Source: Octopus sinensis
Taxonomy: Eukaryota
Direction of reading: 5' to 3'
DNA: 64,000 nucleotides
Assembly (NCBI RefSeq): GCF_006345805.1
Contig: NC_043004.1
Location: 4,526,001-4,590,000 of the forward strand
In this document: positions 36,558 to 50,399 of the stretch, in pieces
Layout: every line of letters begins with the position of its first letter
Numbering within the stretch: position 1 is the first letter of the stretch
Notes under the pieces: model-generated
Told to the model about the DNA's origin: nothing
The model's input: the letters and a program-made list of their open reading frames with translations, nothing else
The model's database searches: none
Program-made: the position numbers and the translations under genes

Positions 36558-37643
36558 TAAACAAAGAAAATACTTTCACACATAAGTACAAATGAAGATT
36601 TAACAGAGTACAAACACAAATAATATTCACACACAAATTCAATCTGCCATTTATCATGAGGAAGTACACAGCTAACAACGTAAATTTTAACCACTGGAGT
36701 ACATACGAATGACTCCTATCCACTCTCACACGAGACAGATTAAATTTGGTCTGCCTTGATTATAACTAAACATATTCACTCAACCGTATTAGCCCTCTTT
36801 TAGGCTCAAAAATATATTCTCATGTGATACTAACAGGATATGTACAAAGGTTATAAATTTAATCATGTGTTCATTCTCTACAACACACTCAACAGAAAAC
36901 ATTCAGGGCATTGATTGTTTGGACTTGTTCAGTCAACCGTGTAGCCTTAACTTATGATGGTCCATAGGAGATTTTATCTCTGGACGACTACAACAATAAA
37001 TTTTGTTTATCATATCATGTATGACACAAACACAAACACACACACACTCATACATGCATACATACACACACACATACACACATACACATGTGCATGCACA
37101 CACACACGCATATATGTAGGCACATGGCCTAGTGGTTAGGTGTTACACTAATGACTGCAAGATCATGGTTATGGTTTTGATTCCTGAACCTGGCAGTGCA
37201 TTGTGTTTTTGAGCAAAACACTTCATCTTGCATTGCTCTGTAATCACTTTGACCTCTGACGTAAGGTGCATAGTGCATATGTACAGGCAATGTTGATTTG
37301 ATACATACAACACAAACATTAGATTGCTATAAATAAATCATCTGAGCTGGTTGTTCAGCAAGGAATTGCAGAACACTCATCTGTCATCCATGACAGGAGA
37401 GTCAGCTATCCATCCGTCCGTCCATCCATCCATCCATCTATCCATCCATCCATCCCTCCATCCATCTGTCTATATACATATGTACATACACACACACACA
37501 CATATATAAAGTAAAAAGTAAAAGAGTCAAAAAGAAGAGTAAATACGGTGACGCAGCTTTTTAATCACTACATATTTCGATACATACAGATCCTCGTATG
37601 AGCAGGGTTTTAAAGTTTAAATATATACATATATATATATATG

Positions 37644-38435
37644 AGGAGACTGTTGAGTCAAGTGCATGTACATGAGAATTGAACCAAATATCAATGGAAA
37701 CAGTAGTTAGTTTGTGATACCTGTGCCGGTGACACATAAAAAGCACCATCCGAACGTGGCCGTTGCCAGTGCAGCTTCCACTGGCTTCTGTGCCGGTGGC
37801 ACATAAAAAGCTCCATCCGAACGTGACCGATGCCAACCCGCCTCGAATGGCTTCTGTGCCGGTGGCACATGAAAAGCACCATCCGAACGTGGCCGATGCC
37901 AGCACCGCCCCGACTGGCTTCTTGTGCGGTGGCACATAAAAAGTACCTCCGAGCGTGGCCGACACAAGCACCGCCTCGACTGGCTTCTGTGGCACCAACC
38001 GATCGTGGGATCCCGGAACATCTCGCTGTGCTTGAGGAGACCTGTTGAGTCAAGTGCATGTACATGAACATCGAAACAAATATCAATGGAAACAGTAGTT
38101 GTGATGCCTGTGCCGGTGACACATAAAAAGCACCATCCAAACGTGGCCGATGCCAGCACCGCCTTGACTGCCTTCTGTGCCAGTAGCACATAAAAAAAAA
38201 AGCACCAACCGATCGTGGCCGATGCCAGACCCCTCTGGCACCTGTGCAGGTGGCACGTAAAAAGCACCCACTACACTCGTGGAGTGGGTGGCGTTAGGAA
38301 GGGCATCCAGCTGTAGAAACATTGCCAGACAGACTGGAGCCTGGGGCAGCCCCTGGCTCCCCAGACCCTGGTCGAACCGTCCAACCCGTGCTAGCGTGGA
38401 AAACGGACGTTAAACGATGATGATGATGATGATGA
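37644..38435 (+). mobile_element. RTE-type 3' UTR copy with an expanded array of about 65-bp units and an internal duplication
   Basis: Repeated TGTGCCGGTGGCACATAAAAAGCACCATCCGAACGTGGCCGATGCCAGC.... The block (C/A)CTGTTGAGTCAAGTGCATGTACATG...CAATGGAAACAGTAGTT occurs twice (about 37649 and 38041). Confidence 0.85.
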
Positions 38436-38436
38436 T

Positions 38437-38478
<42 letters not shown>

Positions 38479-40219
38479 CATACATACATACATACATACA
38501 TACATACATACATACTAATACATATTTATATTATATATATAGTGGTGTGGCAAATGAAAGACAGAAGATGGAATATACAAGAATTTATTAATCACAACAA
38601 TTGTTTCGACACATCTAGCATCAATCCCTCATTGGGGGTACTCTCAACAACTGGTTCAGGAGCATCCGGCAGTGCAGATGTATCTCACAACTTGTTAAAA
38701 TACACACTTGTTAAAAAATAACAGTTCTACAATGTAACTTCTCATTTTGTAGAAGGAAAAGTAACTGATGGAGGAAATATCTTCATTTACATCGAAGAAC
38801 AAGTAAGCTACCAGGTGTAAACCATTCGTTTATTATCCAATATATATATATATATATATAATCCAATTGTGGCCGTTGCCAGCAGCGTCTGGCACCTGTG
38901 CCAGTGGCACGTAAAAAGCACCCACTACACTCACGGAGTGGTTGGCGTTAGGAAGGGCATCCAGCCGTAGGAAACACTGCCAGATCAGACTGGGCCTGGT
39001 GCAGCCTTCTGGCTTCCCAGACCCCAGTTGAACCGTCCAACCCATGCCAGCATGGAAAGCAGACGTTAAAATGATGATGATGATGATGGTGATGATACAC
39101 ACATGCATACAAGACAGAAGACTGTGCTGGTTTGGTATGTGATAACAATGGATGAGGACACTGTGTAAAGAAGTGCCAAGCTCTAATTGTGAGAAGGAAA
39201 CCTGTGGAAGGGGTAGACCATGAAAGACGTAGGACAAAGTGCTGAGAAAGGATCTTTGGACTCTGAGCCTCAATAAGACAAGGGACTGAGAGATGTAGCA
39301 TTTACTGTACTGATAAGATACATCAAGCTAAGCAAAATCACTGTCTCCCACATATACAGACTTGTCCTTCCGGTGCCAGTGCCACATAAAGGGTACCTGT
39401 GTCAGTGCTGCATGAAGCAGATCATGCTGGGGGCACATAAAAAGCACCCAGCACACTCTGATCTGATAAGAAAAACTGTAAACCTAAGTCCCACTTTTTT
39501 TGCTATTTTCATTTCACACTGTTTTTTCAGTATGACTTGTTGACCACCACTAAAATTAATGAACTTTGTACATTCAAACAAATTGATATACAGTTTAATT
39601 TTTTGACTGCATGAACACGCTATGAACACACCAACTTACACCTGTTTTGAACATGTTGATTTATCACATTAAAACATTTTAATTTGTCAACATTGAAACA
39701 TTTTAATTTATCAACATTGAAACTTTTAAAGATGTTTTTACTAATTTTAAACTTTTACCGTTGATAAGCAAAAAAATATTCATTTACGAGTTTTTGAAAT
39801 TTAGGTGCATTTTTAACAATACATTTTCCTATATATACACACATGCATACACTGTTGTGTCTGGGGAGAGCCATTTTCTTTTTGTGCCTTATAATTTAAC
39901 ACACTCACTGGTAAAATTTCCACTTATTTCTTGCTTCAACACACAAACTCACATAAAGAATCTTGCGAACCAAATCCAAAAACGAAATACATGCATATAT
40001 ATTATTAAGCAAGCATGTGTGCACACATGCTTGCTTATTAATATATATATATATACAAACACACACAAAGTATGGAGTTTAGTTCACAGGTGATCTAAAT
40101 GATTAGGTATGCTAGATAAGTGCCGTAATGGGTTACTAGGGCCCCAAGGTTTTAGCCGAGATGGTAGTTATGGAGCCATTGCAGATTTCCACTGCAGCGG
40201 ATATAATAATTGTTAATGG

Positions 40220-40339
40220 GGACAGCAAATATTAAGGCAAGGCAAATACTTCAAGTTGTATACAATATTATTGAACTTTTTCCAATAATAATATTGTTTT
40301 TGACTTGAGATGTTTGCCTTGCCTTAATGTTTGTTGTCC
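40220..40339. repeat. Hairpin / MITE-like inverted repeat
   Basis: GGACAGCAAATATTAAGGCAAGGCAAATACTTCAAGT pairs with ACTTGAGATGTTTGCCTTGCCTTAATGTTTGTTGTCC. Confidence 0.9.
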
Positions 40340-40436
40340 TCTTTAATAATTATAAATATATATATATATCTAAGATGGACAAAATGCCACTAAGTACTTT
40401 GTCTGGCGTGCTAATGATTCTGCCAGTTTGCCACCT

Positions 40437-40467
<31 letters not shown>

Positions 40468-40572
40468 TAAATAATGAGGGTGTTTGCTGAATTCTCTAGA
40501 GAACATTCTTTTCTTTGGTTAGATCATAGGTGATCTTCTTCAAGCATATTGGATGTCCACTTAGTGGTCATC

Positions 40573-40690
40573 CTTCTTATACGCATATATATATATAACT
40601 ATATATATTATTATGGTCTTTTCCATACCGATAAATCTACTAGGTGAAATTGATTAATTTTATTAAATTAAGTATATTCCACCCTTATAT

Positions 40691-40733
<43 letters not shown>

Positions 40734-40882
40734 CTTCTTATACGCATATATATATATATATATTATATATATATATATATATATGGTCTTTTCCATACCG
40801 ATAAATCTACTAGGTGAAATTGATTAATTTTATTAAATTAATTATATTCCACCCTTTATTGCAGATATATATATATATGATA

Positions 40883-40920
<38 letters not shown>
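40573..40920. repeat. Tandem duplication of a unit of about 160 bp bounded by (TA)n
   Basis: ATGGTCTTTTCCATACCGATAAATCTACTAGGTGAAATTGATTAATTTTATTAAATTAA occurs twice. Confidence 0.95.
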
Positions 40921-40922
<2 letters not shown>

Positions 40923-41081
40923 TAATGTTTATTTTTATGCCAGATTATCTTAATCGAAAGAGTCAACTTTAATCTTGGAAAAGAATAATATATATATATA
41001 TAGAGAGGAGAGAGAGACAGAGACAGACAGACAGACAGAAAGGCGGTGTACAGATGGACAGTCAGACATGCAGTTGGATAC

Positions 41082-41124
<43 letters not shown>

Positions 41125-41159
41125 CGACAGATAGCTAGATAAATTTGTGTATGTATATA

Positions 41160-41208
<49 letters not shown>

Positions 41209-41644
41209 ACAGACAGACAATGTGTATGAGTGTCTGTGTGCTTCATATGTTTTGTGTGTTAAAAGGAGGAAAGAATACTATAGGAAATGAAACAAAACAT
41301 ACCCCATTCCCCACCCCTGCTTCCACTTATACTACTCCAGTGCTGAGAAAGGAAGGGGAAGAAACAGGAGATCTGAGAATTATAAAACACGAAATAGTGG
41401 AAAGCCCCGGAAGGAATTAGACTGTATGGGGCGAAAATGAATATCCTCTTTCTAAATCCTAAAAAGGCATTTAGTGAAACTCTTCTGACAAAAGAGTGCA
41501 GAAACTACTAAAAATAGTTTAATCAATAGACAAACCCCAAGTGTTTGTGTGTGTGTGTGTGGTGTGGTGTGTTTGTGCATATGCATGTGCAGGCGTGTAT
41601 GTACATATATATATATATATTTATGTGCACACACTCATACACTA

Positions 41645-41677
<33 letters not shown>

Positions 41678-41789
41678 AAAGTTTATGAAACCGAGTGCAT
41701 GTATGTATTCAAATATAATAAATATATCACTTAATTTACTATATAATATAATGCAGGGATGGGAGATGTTATTCCCTCTATCTCTCCAT

Positions 41790-42130
<341 letters not shown>

Positions 42131-42252
42131 AAAACGTTGCAGTTGCCATGAAAATTCTTGTAAAGAATAAATAAGAAAATGAATGGAAATCAAACTGGTG
42201 AGTGTGTTAAATTAATAAGGCACTAAAGGAGAATGACTCTCCCCAGACACAA

Positions 42253-42292
<40 letters not shown>

Positions 42293-43692
42293 GTTTAATG
42301 TCCACTTTCCATGCTAGCATATATATACATACATACATATATATATATATGCATGTATGTATGTACATATATATATGTATGCATATATATATGTGTGTGT
42401 ATGTGTGTGTGTGTGTGCATATATAAACACACACATATACACATACTTATGGATACAAACTTATACAACATTTGAAAGTATTATCACCATCAACATCATT
42501 GTCATTGACATCTTTGCCTTTGTCATCCTCATCAATCATCAACATTGCATCACCGTTATTTTATATCAGTTCTCCATACTGGCAGTGTAATAATCTCGTC
42601 ATCACTGTCCAAGAGTCAGCAGTCTCTCAGAGTTACTGCTTTTACTAGAGGACCCAAAGGATCACATCTTGTTTGCATGTCCATTTCTGCATGTTGCCTT
42701 TAATTTTGCTGAATGTCCTTCTGAACAGCAACCACTTTACAAAGTGTGTGTGTATTGAATGTGTTTTATTGTGGCACCAGCACTAGAGAGGTTGTTATAT
42801 CCTCGACAGGACAAGACAAGACTGAAGGGTCTTAATAAAAATGGTTACAGGTAAGAGAGTGTGATGGCCATCTCTAATGTTTCAGCTGAGGAGAAGGATG
42901 GTAGTTTGGAGTATAGAAGGGTAATGATAGTTTGTGGGAGAGAAAGTGAATGGTGAGTAGTCGAGATGGCAATGGTCCTAGGAGGAGGGAATGCAATGAA
43001 AGAGTAACCAGTGAAAAATGGACAGTGGAGATGGTTTGGTTTACAGGATGGTAAGGAAGAGATTATTAACAGTATAGGATGGTAAATGGGATGGTGCATC
43101 AAATATTACTAGGAACATACATACTCATACTCACACACACATACACACATGCACATACACATACACACACATGCACACACACATACATACATAAATATAG
43201 ATATGTGTATGTACATATATATTCATTCATGCATACATACATACATACATATATACATACATATACTCTTTTCTCTTTTACTCTTCTATTTGTTTCAGTC
43301 ATTTGACTGTGTCCATGCTGGAGCACTGCCTTTAGTCAAACAAATCAACCCCAGGACTTATTCTTTTTAAGCTTAGTACTTATTCTATCAGTAACTTTTG
43401 CCGAACTGCTAAGTTATGGAGATATAAACACACCAACATCGTAAAGACACCAACATCACAAACACAGCAACTAACACAGATGCACAAATGTACACACTCG
43501 CACACACACACACATACACATGCACACACACATATATATATATATACATATATATACGACAGATCTACTCACAAGGCTTTGGTTGGCCCAAGGCTACAGT
43601 AGAAAATACTTGCCCGAAATGCCGTGCTGTGGGACTGAACCCGGAACCATGTAGTTGAGAAGCAAGCTTCTTACCACACAGCCATTCCTGTG

Positions 43693-43736
<44 letters not shown>

Positions 43737-44627
43737 ACTATATATATACACACACACACATGCACACACATACATTAATCTATCTATATCTATATCTATC
43801 TATATATATATATATATATGTATGTATATATATATATGTGTGTATATATATACGTGTGTATCATCATCATCATCAGCATTGTTTAGCGTCCGTTTTCCAT
43901 GCTAGCATGGGTTGGACGGTTCTACTGGGGTCTGTGAAGCCAGAAGGCTTCATCAGGCCCAGTCAAAACTGGCAGTGTTTCTACGGTGTATATATATATA
44001 TTTATATATATATATATACAGTGTATACACACACACATATGATGTTAAAAAAACACAAAAATATAAAAACTACATGACAGGGTAAGTTCACAATCAAAAT
44101 TATTTCTAGTTTCATGTTCAGTGAATGCAGTTTATTGTTACAACATTTTGAACGTTGTCCTTCTTTAGACTGAGTGAAGATTAGAAAAGAAGAAAAAAAG
44201 AAAAGAATGTGGTGGGGGGGGGGGTAAAAAAATTAAAATTTTACACATGTATTCGACTGATTTACTCTTTGTAAGAAATCTATATTATGATACTTTTCTG
44301 TTTGTCTGTGGCAAAATTTTTCTAGTTTTAATTTGTGTATGCCAACAATTTGGTGTATGCTGTCTGCTTTCTTGTCTGCCTTAAGGTTGGGTGGCTCTAA
44401 ATATTAGATATATTATATTCCAATCTTTAAAAAAAATGGTAAGAAAGGAGAACATGCTTTTAAAAATGTATCTAAAAAGTTTAATCAAAACTTTGCTTTA
44501 ACAAATAAACAGGTATGTGTTGGTCAATTAAAAATGAAGAAATTAGATTTAGATTACTATCACTCTAACAAAAATTTAAATTTTATCAGCGCTTTAATAA
44601 ACTTAACACTAACATCTTGCAAAGTAA

Positions 44628-44765
44628 ATTTTACCATCTGTATAGTAGATTGAATTTTATCAACTCTTTAATTAACTAAATTTTACCAATGCTCTTACAA
44701 ATTGTTGGTAAAATTTAGTTAATTAAAGAGATAATAAAATCAGTTTACTACACGGATGGTAAAAT
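44628..44765. repeat. AT-rich foldback hairpin, 26-bp perfect core arms
   Basis: CTCTTTAATTAACTAAATTTTACCAA (44664-89) and TTGGTAAAATTTAGTTAATTAAAGAG (44705-30), with imperfect extension outward. Confidence 0.9.
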
Positions 44766-45046
44766 ACTAACTTTCCAGCAAATTTTATCAATTCTCTGTT
44801 AAAAATAAATTTTCCTTGCTCTCTGTACCAATTCTCTAGCAGATATGATATAATTTTACCATCTCTCTTGTAAGCTAAATTTCCCCAGTATTCTTTCTAG
44901 CCGAGTAAAATTATAATTTTCAAAAAATAGTCAGTATACTGAAGTATATTTATAGGTTTATAACATATGTAATTATATTTTGGAATAAATCCCAGGAGAT
45001 ATAGTCCAAGTTCTTGGCAACATTCCTTGAATTTGTAATCCCCTAG

Positions 45047-45095
45047 CGGGATGAGTTTAGAGAGCTTCCCAGCACCCTAATAGGTGAAAATGCAG
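45047..45095 (+). other. Candidate 49-nt exon (RDEFRELPSTLIGENA)
   Basis: gtaatcccctag|...AATGCAG|gtaagc. Only one frame is open. No partner exons identified. Confidence 0.3.
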
Positions 45096-46998
45096 GTAAG
45101 CCCTTCCCTACACTGACAAGGAGGCCAATTGCTTTAGCAGTAGATGTTACTAAATGTTTAAAATAATGGCAATGGCACCAACAGTAAGGAGATGTTTGAT
45201 ATATTATAGTAATCAAGTTTGACCTCACCTACCTTACCTGAATAGTTCTGCGTTTAAATAGGTACCAGTTATATATGAAGTCACTTTCAGTGACTGCGTA
45301 CTCATCTCCTGTACAAAAGTGGTAGCTTACATGGCCAAGAGAACTCTATAAAACCAGTGTACTTTAAGAATTGGAAGCTATAACATGATAACTAGGCCTA
45401 TTAGAAACAGCAGCCAAATCTTTTTTTAAAAATCATATCCATTACCTTTACAAAGAAAGGAAGCATTAAATAATGCTGTCCCTAAAAACTTCTAAAAATA
45501 ACAAAATAACAAAATGCATTTCATCATAAGGCTGCTTGATCAAGAATGATCTGGAACAAAACAAAACAGCAACAATGAAGAAGCCTCTATATGGTCATAA
45601 GGTAGAGTGCTGCTTGAAATAACAGCAGAATCTCCCTCAAATCACACTGTGTGTTCTTAAACAAAGAAAGTAGTAGTCTTAAACTAGTCTTAACTATACT
45701 ATATATGAAACAAAGAAATGGCATGATCATGGTTGAAATACCTTTATCGATAGGTCTGGGGTTACAAATTCATAATTCTATAAATTTCCCCCACCACTGC
45801 TTAACAACCAGTGTTGTGTTGTTTATGTTTCTGGTTTGCTTCATTAAACCCTTCATGATGCTGGCCCAACATGACTACACTCCAGTTACTGAAATGAGTA
45901 AAAGACGAACTCTAGGTACAGGTTACTAAACTTGCTTTGCAACCATGTGGTTTTAAGATCAGTTCCACTGCCTGTCACTTTGGACAAGTGTCTTCTACTG
46001 TAGCCTTGGGCCAACCAGTGCCTTGTAAACGGATTTGGTAGCTGGAAACTGTGAAAAAGCCTGTCATTTAAACACATTTGTGTATATATGTGTGTGTTGT
46101 GTTAGTCCTCCACCTCCTCACCACACTTGATAACCGATGTTGGTTTGTTTATATCCTCCATAACTTTGTGGTTTTAAGCAAAAGAGACCAATAGAGTAAG
46201 TACTAGACTTTTAAAAAATGAGTCCTGCTGTTGATTTGTTTGACTAAACTTTTCAAGGTAGTGCCCCAGCATGGCCTCAGTTCAATGACTAAAACAAGCA
46301 AAATAAATATTTTAAAAAAAAAATAATTAAGAAAGACTTTTTTCAGCAGACATTCAAGTCCTTTGAGCAACTTTCCATAGTTAGAGATACTCAACAATGA
46401 AGTCTCAGTTTACTAACATATAGTTCTTTTCTACTCTAGGCACAAGGCCCAACACTTTTGCAGAGGGGGACAGTCGATTAGATTGACCCCAGTATGTGTA
46501 ATTTAGATGACAATATATTCACCACATCCTGTATGTATATATATATATATATATACATATATATATACAGGAGTGGCTGTGTGGTAAGTAGCTTGCTAAC
46601 CAACCACATGGTGCCGGGTTCAGTCCCACTGCGTGGCATCTTGGGCAAGTGTCTTCTGCTATAGCCCCGGGCCGACCAATGCCTTGTGAGTGGATTTGGT
46701 AGACGGAAACTGAAAGAAGCCTGTCGTATATATGTATATATATTTATATATATATATATGTGTGTGTGTGTGTATGTGTTTGTGTTTGTCCCCCTAGCAT
46801 TGCTTGACAACCGATGCTGGTGTGTTTACGTCCCCGTCACTTAGCGGTTCGGCAAAAGAGATCGATAGAATAAGTACTGGGCTTACAAAGAATAAGTCCC
46901 GGGGTCGATTTGCTCGACTAAAGGCGGTGCTCCAGCATGGCCGCAGTCAAATGACTGAAACAAGGAAAAGAGAGTAAAAGAGTAAAGAGAGAGTAAGA

Positions 46999-47034
<36 letters not shown>

Positions 47035-47853
47035 CTGTAAATGTAATCATCATCATCATCATCATCATCATTTAGCATCCGCTTTCCATGCTGGCATGGG
47101 TTGGATGGTTCAACTGGGGTCTGGGAAGCCAGAAGGCTGCACCAGGCCCAGTCTGATCTAGCAGTGTTTCTACGGCTGGATGCCTCTCCTAACGCCAACC
47201 ACTCCATGAGTGTAGTGGGTGCTTTTTACGTGCCACACAAGGCTGGCAATGGCTACGTTCGGATGGTTCTCTTATGTGCCACCGGCACTGGTATCACAGC
47301 TACAATTTCCATTGATGTTGATCGATTTTGATTTTGATTTTGATTTTCACTTTGGTAGCCATGATAAAACTCCATGTTTCAGATGCCGGGGTGGAAATCC
47401 ATGCCGACATCTCTTCAGTTATCCGGCCATTGGAAAAAATGCTCATTAAATTCCTCTATTTACATAATATCGAGGTTTCTTTCATTCTTTTGTTGTCTTA
47501 CCATTTCTATCAACACACACACACACACACACACACACGTTCATGTATTTATTTTGCAAGATTCCAGATGTGAAATCATAATTTGAAGCAGATATATAGG
47601 GATGGTCATATTTTGCCAATTAAGCACATGCACTATACACTTGGTCATCACTTCAGCTTAATTGTTACTGTTTTTGTGTTTTTGTCTAATCTCTTCCCTT
47701 ATGGAATAAGCAGAACAAGAGGAGACACGTGGGATAGAGAGTTGCTGCTGAAGTTACAGGATGTATGACAAAAGATAAAAACACTAAATTAATAATAATA
47801 CAGCTGAAGTGAAGACCAGGTGTGTAGCACATGACCATCCCAAGCATCTAATA

Positions 47854-48555
47854 TTAGGTCATCAAGCATGAAATTTGTAGAAAAGAAAAAAAAGTTTGCT
47901 GGTGTTTTATAAATACAAGGAATAGTTTTATTCATCAAAGTATGCACCCATATTGTCAATACACTTTTGCCATTTCAGCAGTAGCTTGTCCAGTCCAGAA
48001 CTGGTGACTGAGTCAATAAAATATTGGAAGGCCTGTTTTACAGCATCGTCAGAATTAAATTTTTTTCCTATCAAAAAGTTATCCAAATTCTGGAAGAAGT
48101 GGTAGTCAGTGGGGGAAAGATCAGGTGAGTATGGTGGATGATGGAGAACTTCCAACTCCAACTCCTGTAGTTTCGCCAATGTCATTTTTGCAATGTGTGG
48201 TCTGGCGTTATCTTGCAGTAAAATAGGAGTGGATCTGTTGACTAATTTAGGTTGTTTTTTTGTAAGTTTCTGCATCATTTGGTCAAGTTGGCTGCAGTAT
48301 AATTTGCCTGTGATTGATGAGCCAGGTTTAATGAAATTATAATAGATTACACCTGTGCCAGACCACCAAACACACTATCATCTTCTTTTGATGAATTTTG
48401 CTTTTTGGACTGTGTTTTGGTGGCTCATCTTTGCCCAACCATTGTGCTGAATGTTTACGGTTGTTGTATTGGATCCATTTCTCATCACATGTTACAATTC
48501 AATTCACAAATGATTCATTTTTGTGATGAGAAAGTAGTATAATGCAGGCTTCCAA
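47854..48555 (-). mobile_element. 5'-truncated mariner transposon (DD34D-type)
   Basis: ORF 47928-48278 has ILLQDNARPH and LHHPPYSPDLSPTDYHFF...KWQKCIDNMGAYFDE. The 3' TIR lies next to a TA. Confidence 0.95.
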
Positions 48556-48574
48556 GGCTAGGACCATGGGCCAT

Positions 48575-48915
48575 ACGTCCCCTACCCAATTCAGGATCAC
48601 AATTCATAAATACACTGCAACACAATTACTTTTCCTCAACAGGCCCTGCTCTATTTAACATTGTTCCAAAACAGATCAAAGAGGGGAAAGGATCTCATTA
48701 CTTTTAAATGGAAACTGGACAAATTTCTTCAAGGAGTAACAGATAAGCCACCTGTACCTGTATACAACTCACTCAGCAAGAACTCCCTACTTGAATAGAC
48801 TATGATACCACAAAACTTAACTTAAAGGATTTGGCTAATCCTATCAGGTGGTGCTATTAAGTTAGACATGGCCTGGACCAATCTTTGGTCAAAACATACC
48901 TAAGTTATCTAAGTT
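48575..48915 (+). mobile_element. CR1/L2-group LINE 3' fragment
   Basis: Degenerate LFNIVPKQIKE.KDLITFKWKLDKFLQ...NSLLE* C-terminus. Confidence 0.65.
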
Positions 48916-48922
48916 ACCTAAG

Positions 48923-48979
<57 letters not shown>

Positions 48980-49096
48980 GTATCTATGCATGTATATATA
49001 TATATATATATATATGCATAGATACATACATACATTCATACACACACACACATCCATCCATCCACCCATACATACATACATACATACATACATACA

Positions 49097-49132
<36 letters not shown>

Positions 49133-49220
49133 CATACATATTTATACATACATATATATATAGATATATAGATACATACATATATACATACATTTATATA
49201 TATACATACATTTATATATG

Positions 49221-49269
<49 letters not shown>

Positions 49270-49275
<6 letters not shown>

Positions 49276-49520
49276 AAGATGGCAGAATCCCCAAGGACAT
49301 ACTCTACGGAGAGCTTGCTAGGGGCACCATCTCTGTGGGAAGACTGTTCTTATGATACAAGGATGTTTGCAGGACATGAAGGCACCTGCCAGAGGGAGTG
49401 TTTGTTCAGAATAAGACTACACAGCCACAGCAGGAGATGTATTAGGACATGAAATGTAAAAGCTGGACCAGATTATTTTATGCACAACTCCATTGTCTCC
49501 CGAGACAAAAAGGATGCCAA
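49270..49520 (+). mobile_element. RTE (BovB-like) LINE 3' fragment
   Basis: [30 protein letters not shown]. Confidence 0.8.
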
Positions 49521-49639
49521 CAATATATATATATAAATATATATATGTGTGTATGTGTGTGTGTATAATTTAAAGAAAAACCTCTATTAAACAATTCAAT
49601 AAAGAAAGATTTTATTCACACCATATAGAAAACATATAC

Positions 49640-49815
49640 TACTATAAAAAAAACCTTATTCTAAAAATCAATAAAGTCCAATTAATAAAATCTTTAATAT
49701 CATTAATAAGTTTCAAAATATATTCTTTTCTAGATGGTATAGGAATATCCTTCAAAGATGAATTCCAAAATAGTGATTCTATCTTGCCTGTAAGTTTCAT
49801 AACTAACGAAATTGA
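49640..49815 (-). mobile_element. N-terminal fragment of a Penelope-like ORF
   Basis: NSSLKDIPIPSRKEYILKLINDIKDFINW resembles the SLKNIP.P...Y...LI N-terminus of PLE ORFs (from recall). Confidence 0.55.
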
Positions 49816-49859
49816 GAATATAGATATACATACATACATACATACATACATACATACAT

Positions 49860-50330
49860 ACATACACAGTAGAAGCCATAACCACTCATAATGAAAAGGA
49901 ATGTTGGTGGAATGTACCAATAAAGACCTCAATAAAATGTAAGCACAACAGACCTGATATAATTATTTGAGATAGAGAAAAGAAGCTGTGTATAGTTGTG
50001 GAAATTAGCTGCCCAGCAAATGTTAACATGAAGATGAAGATCAGTGAAAAAGAGAACAACGATGCTGAACTATTGAGAAATCTGTAGTTACTCTATCCAG
50101 ATTACAAGTTCAGGTTTATACCTATAATTATTGGGGCTCTGGGATATGTAACACACTGCTTAAATACCAATCTTGAGAAATTAGACTTCTCGAAACAGAA
50201 AGGAGAAAGCTAATTCAAAGGCTACAGATCCAATCCATCACTGGAACTGTAAGAATCTATAAAACTTTCCAGAAGTTTATCATTTAAATATCTATGAGCA
50301 TGTCTAGATATGCAGCTATATGAATGAGAA
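49860..50330 (+). mobile_element. Non-LTR retrotransposon 3' end with restriction-like endonuclease (R2/R4/NeSL-type)
   Basis: CKHNRPDIII*DREKKLCIVVEISCP...KISEKEN..AELLRNL...FIPIIIGALG, the PD..(D/E)xK-type RLE pattern, with stops. Confidence 0.8.
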
Positions 50331-50399
50331 TACATACATAAAACATACAAATCTGAACATACATACATACATATACATACATACATATATATATATACA

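Noticed and set aside
36300-36729. Overlapping 78-128 aa ORFs and a possible CRISPR-like array
   Set aside because: The ORFs are a by-product of the 22-bp tandem repeat. The units are contiguous with no unique spacers, and the context is eukaryotic with no cas genes.
37561-38322. 145-186 aa ORFs and regularly spaced palindromic units resembling CRISPR repeats
   Set aside because: This is a tandem array in a LINE 3' UTR. The inter-palindrome sequence is itself repeated, not unique.
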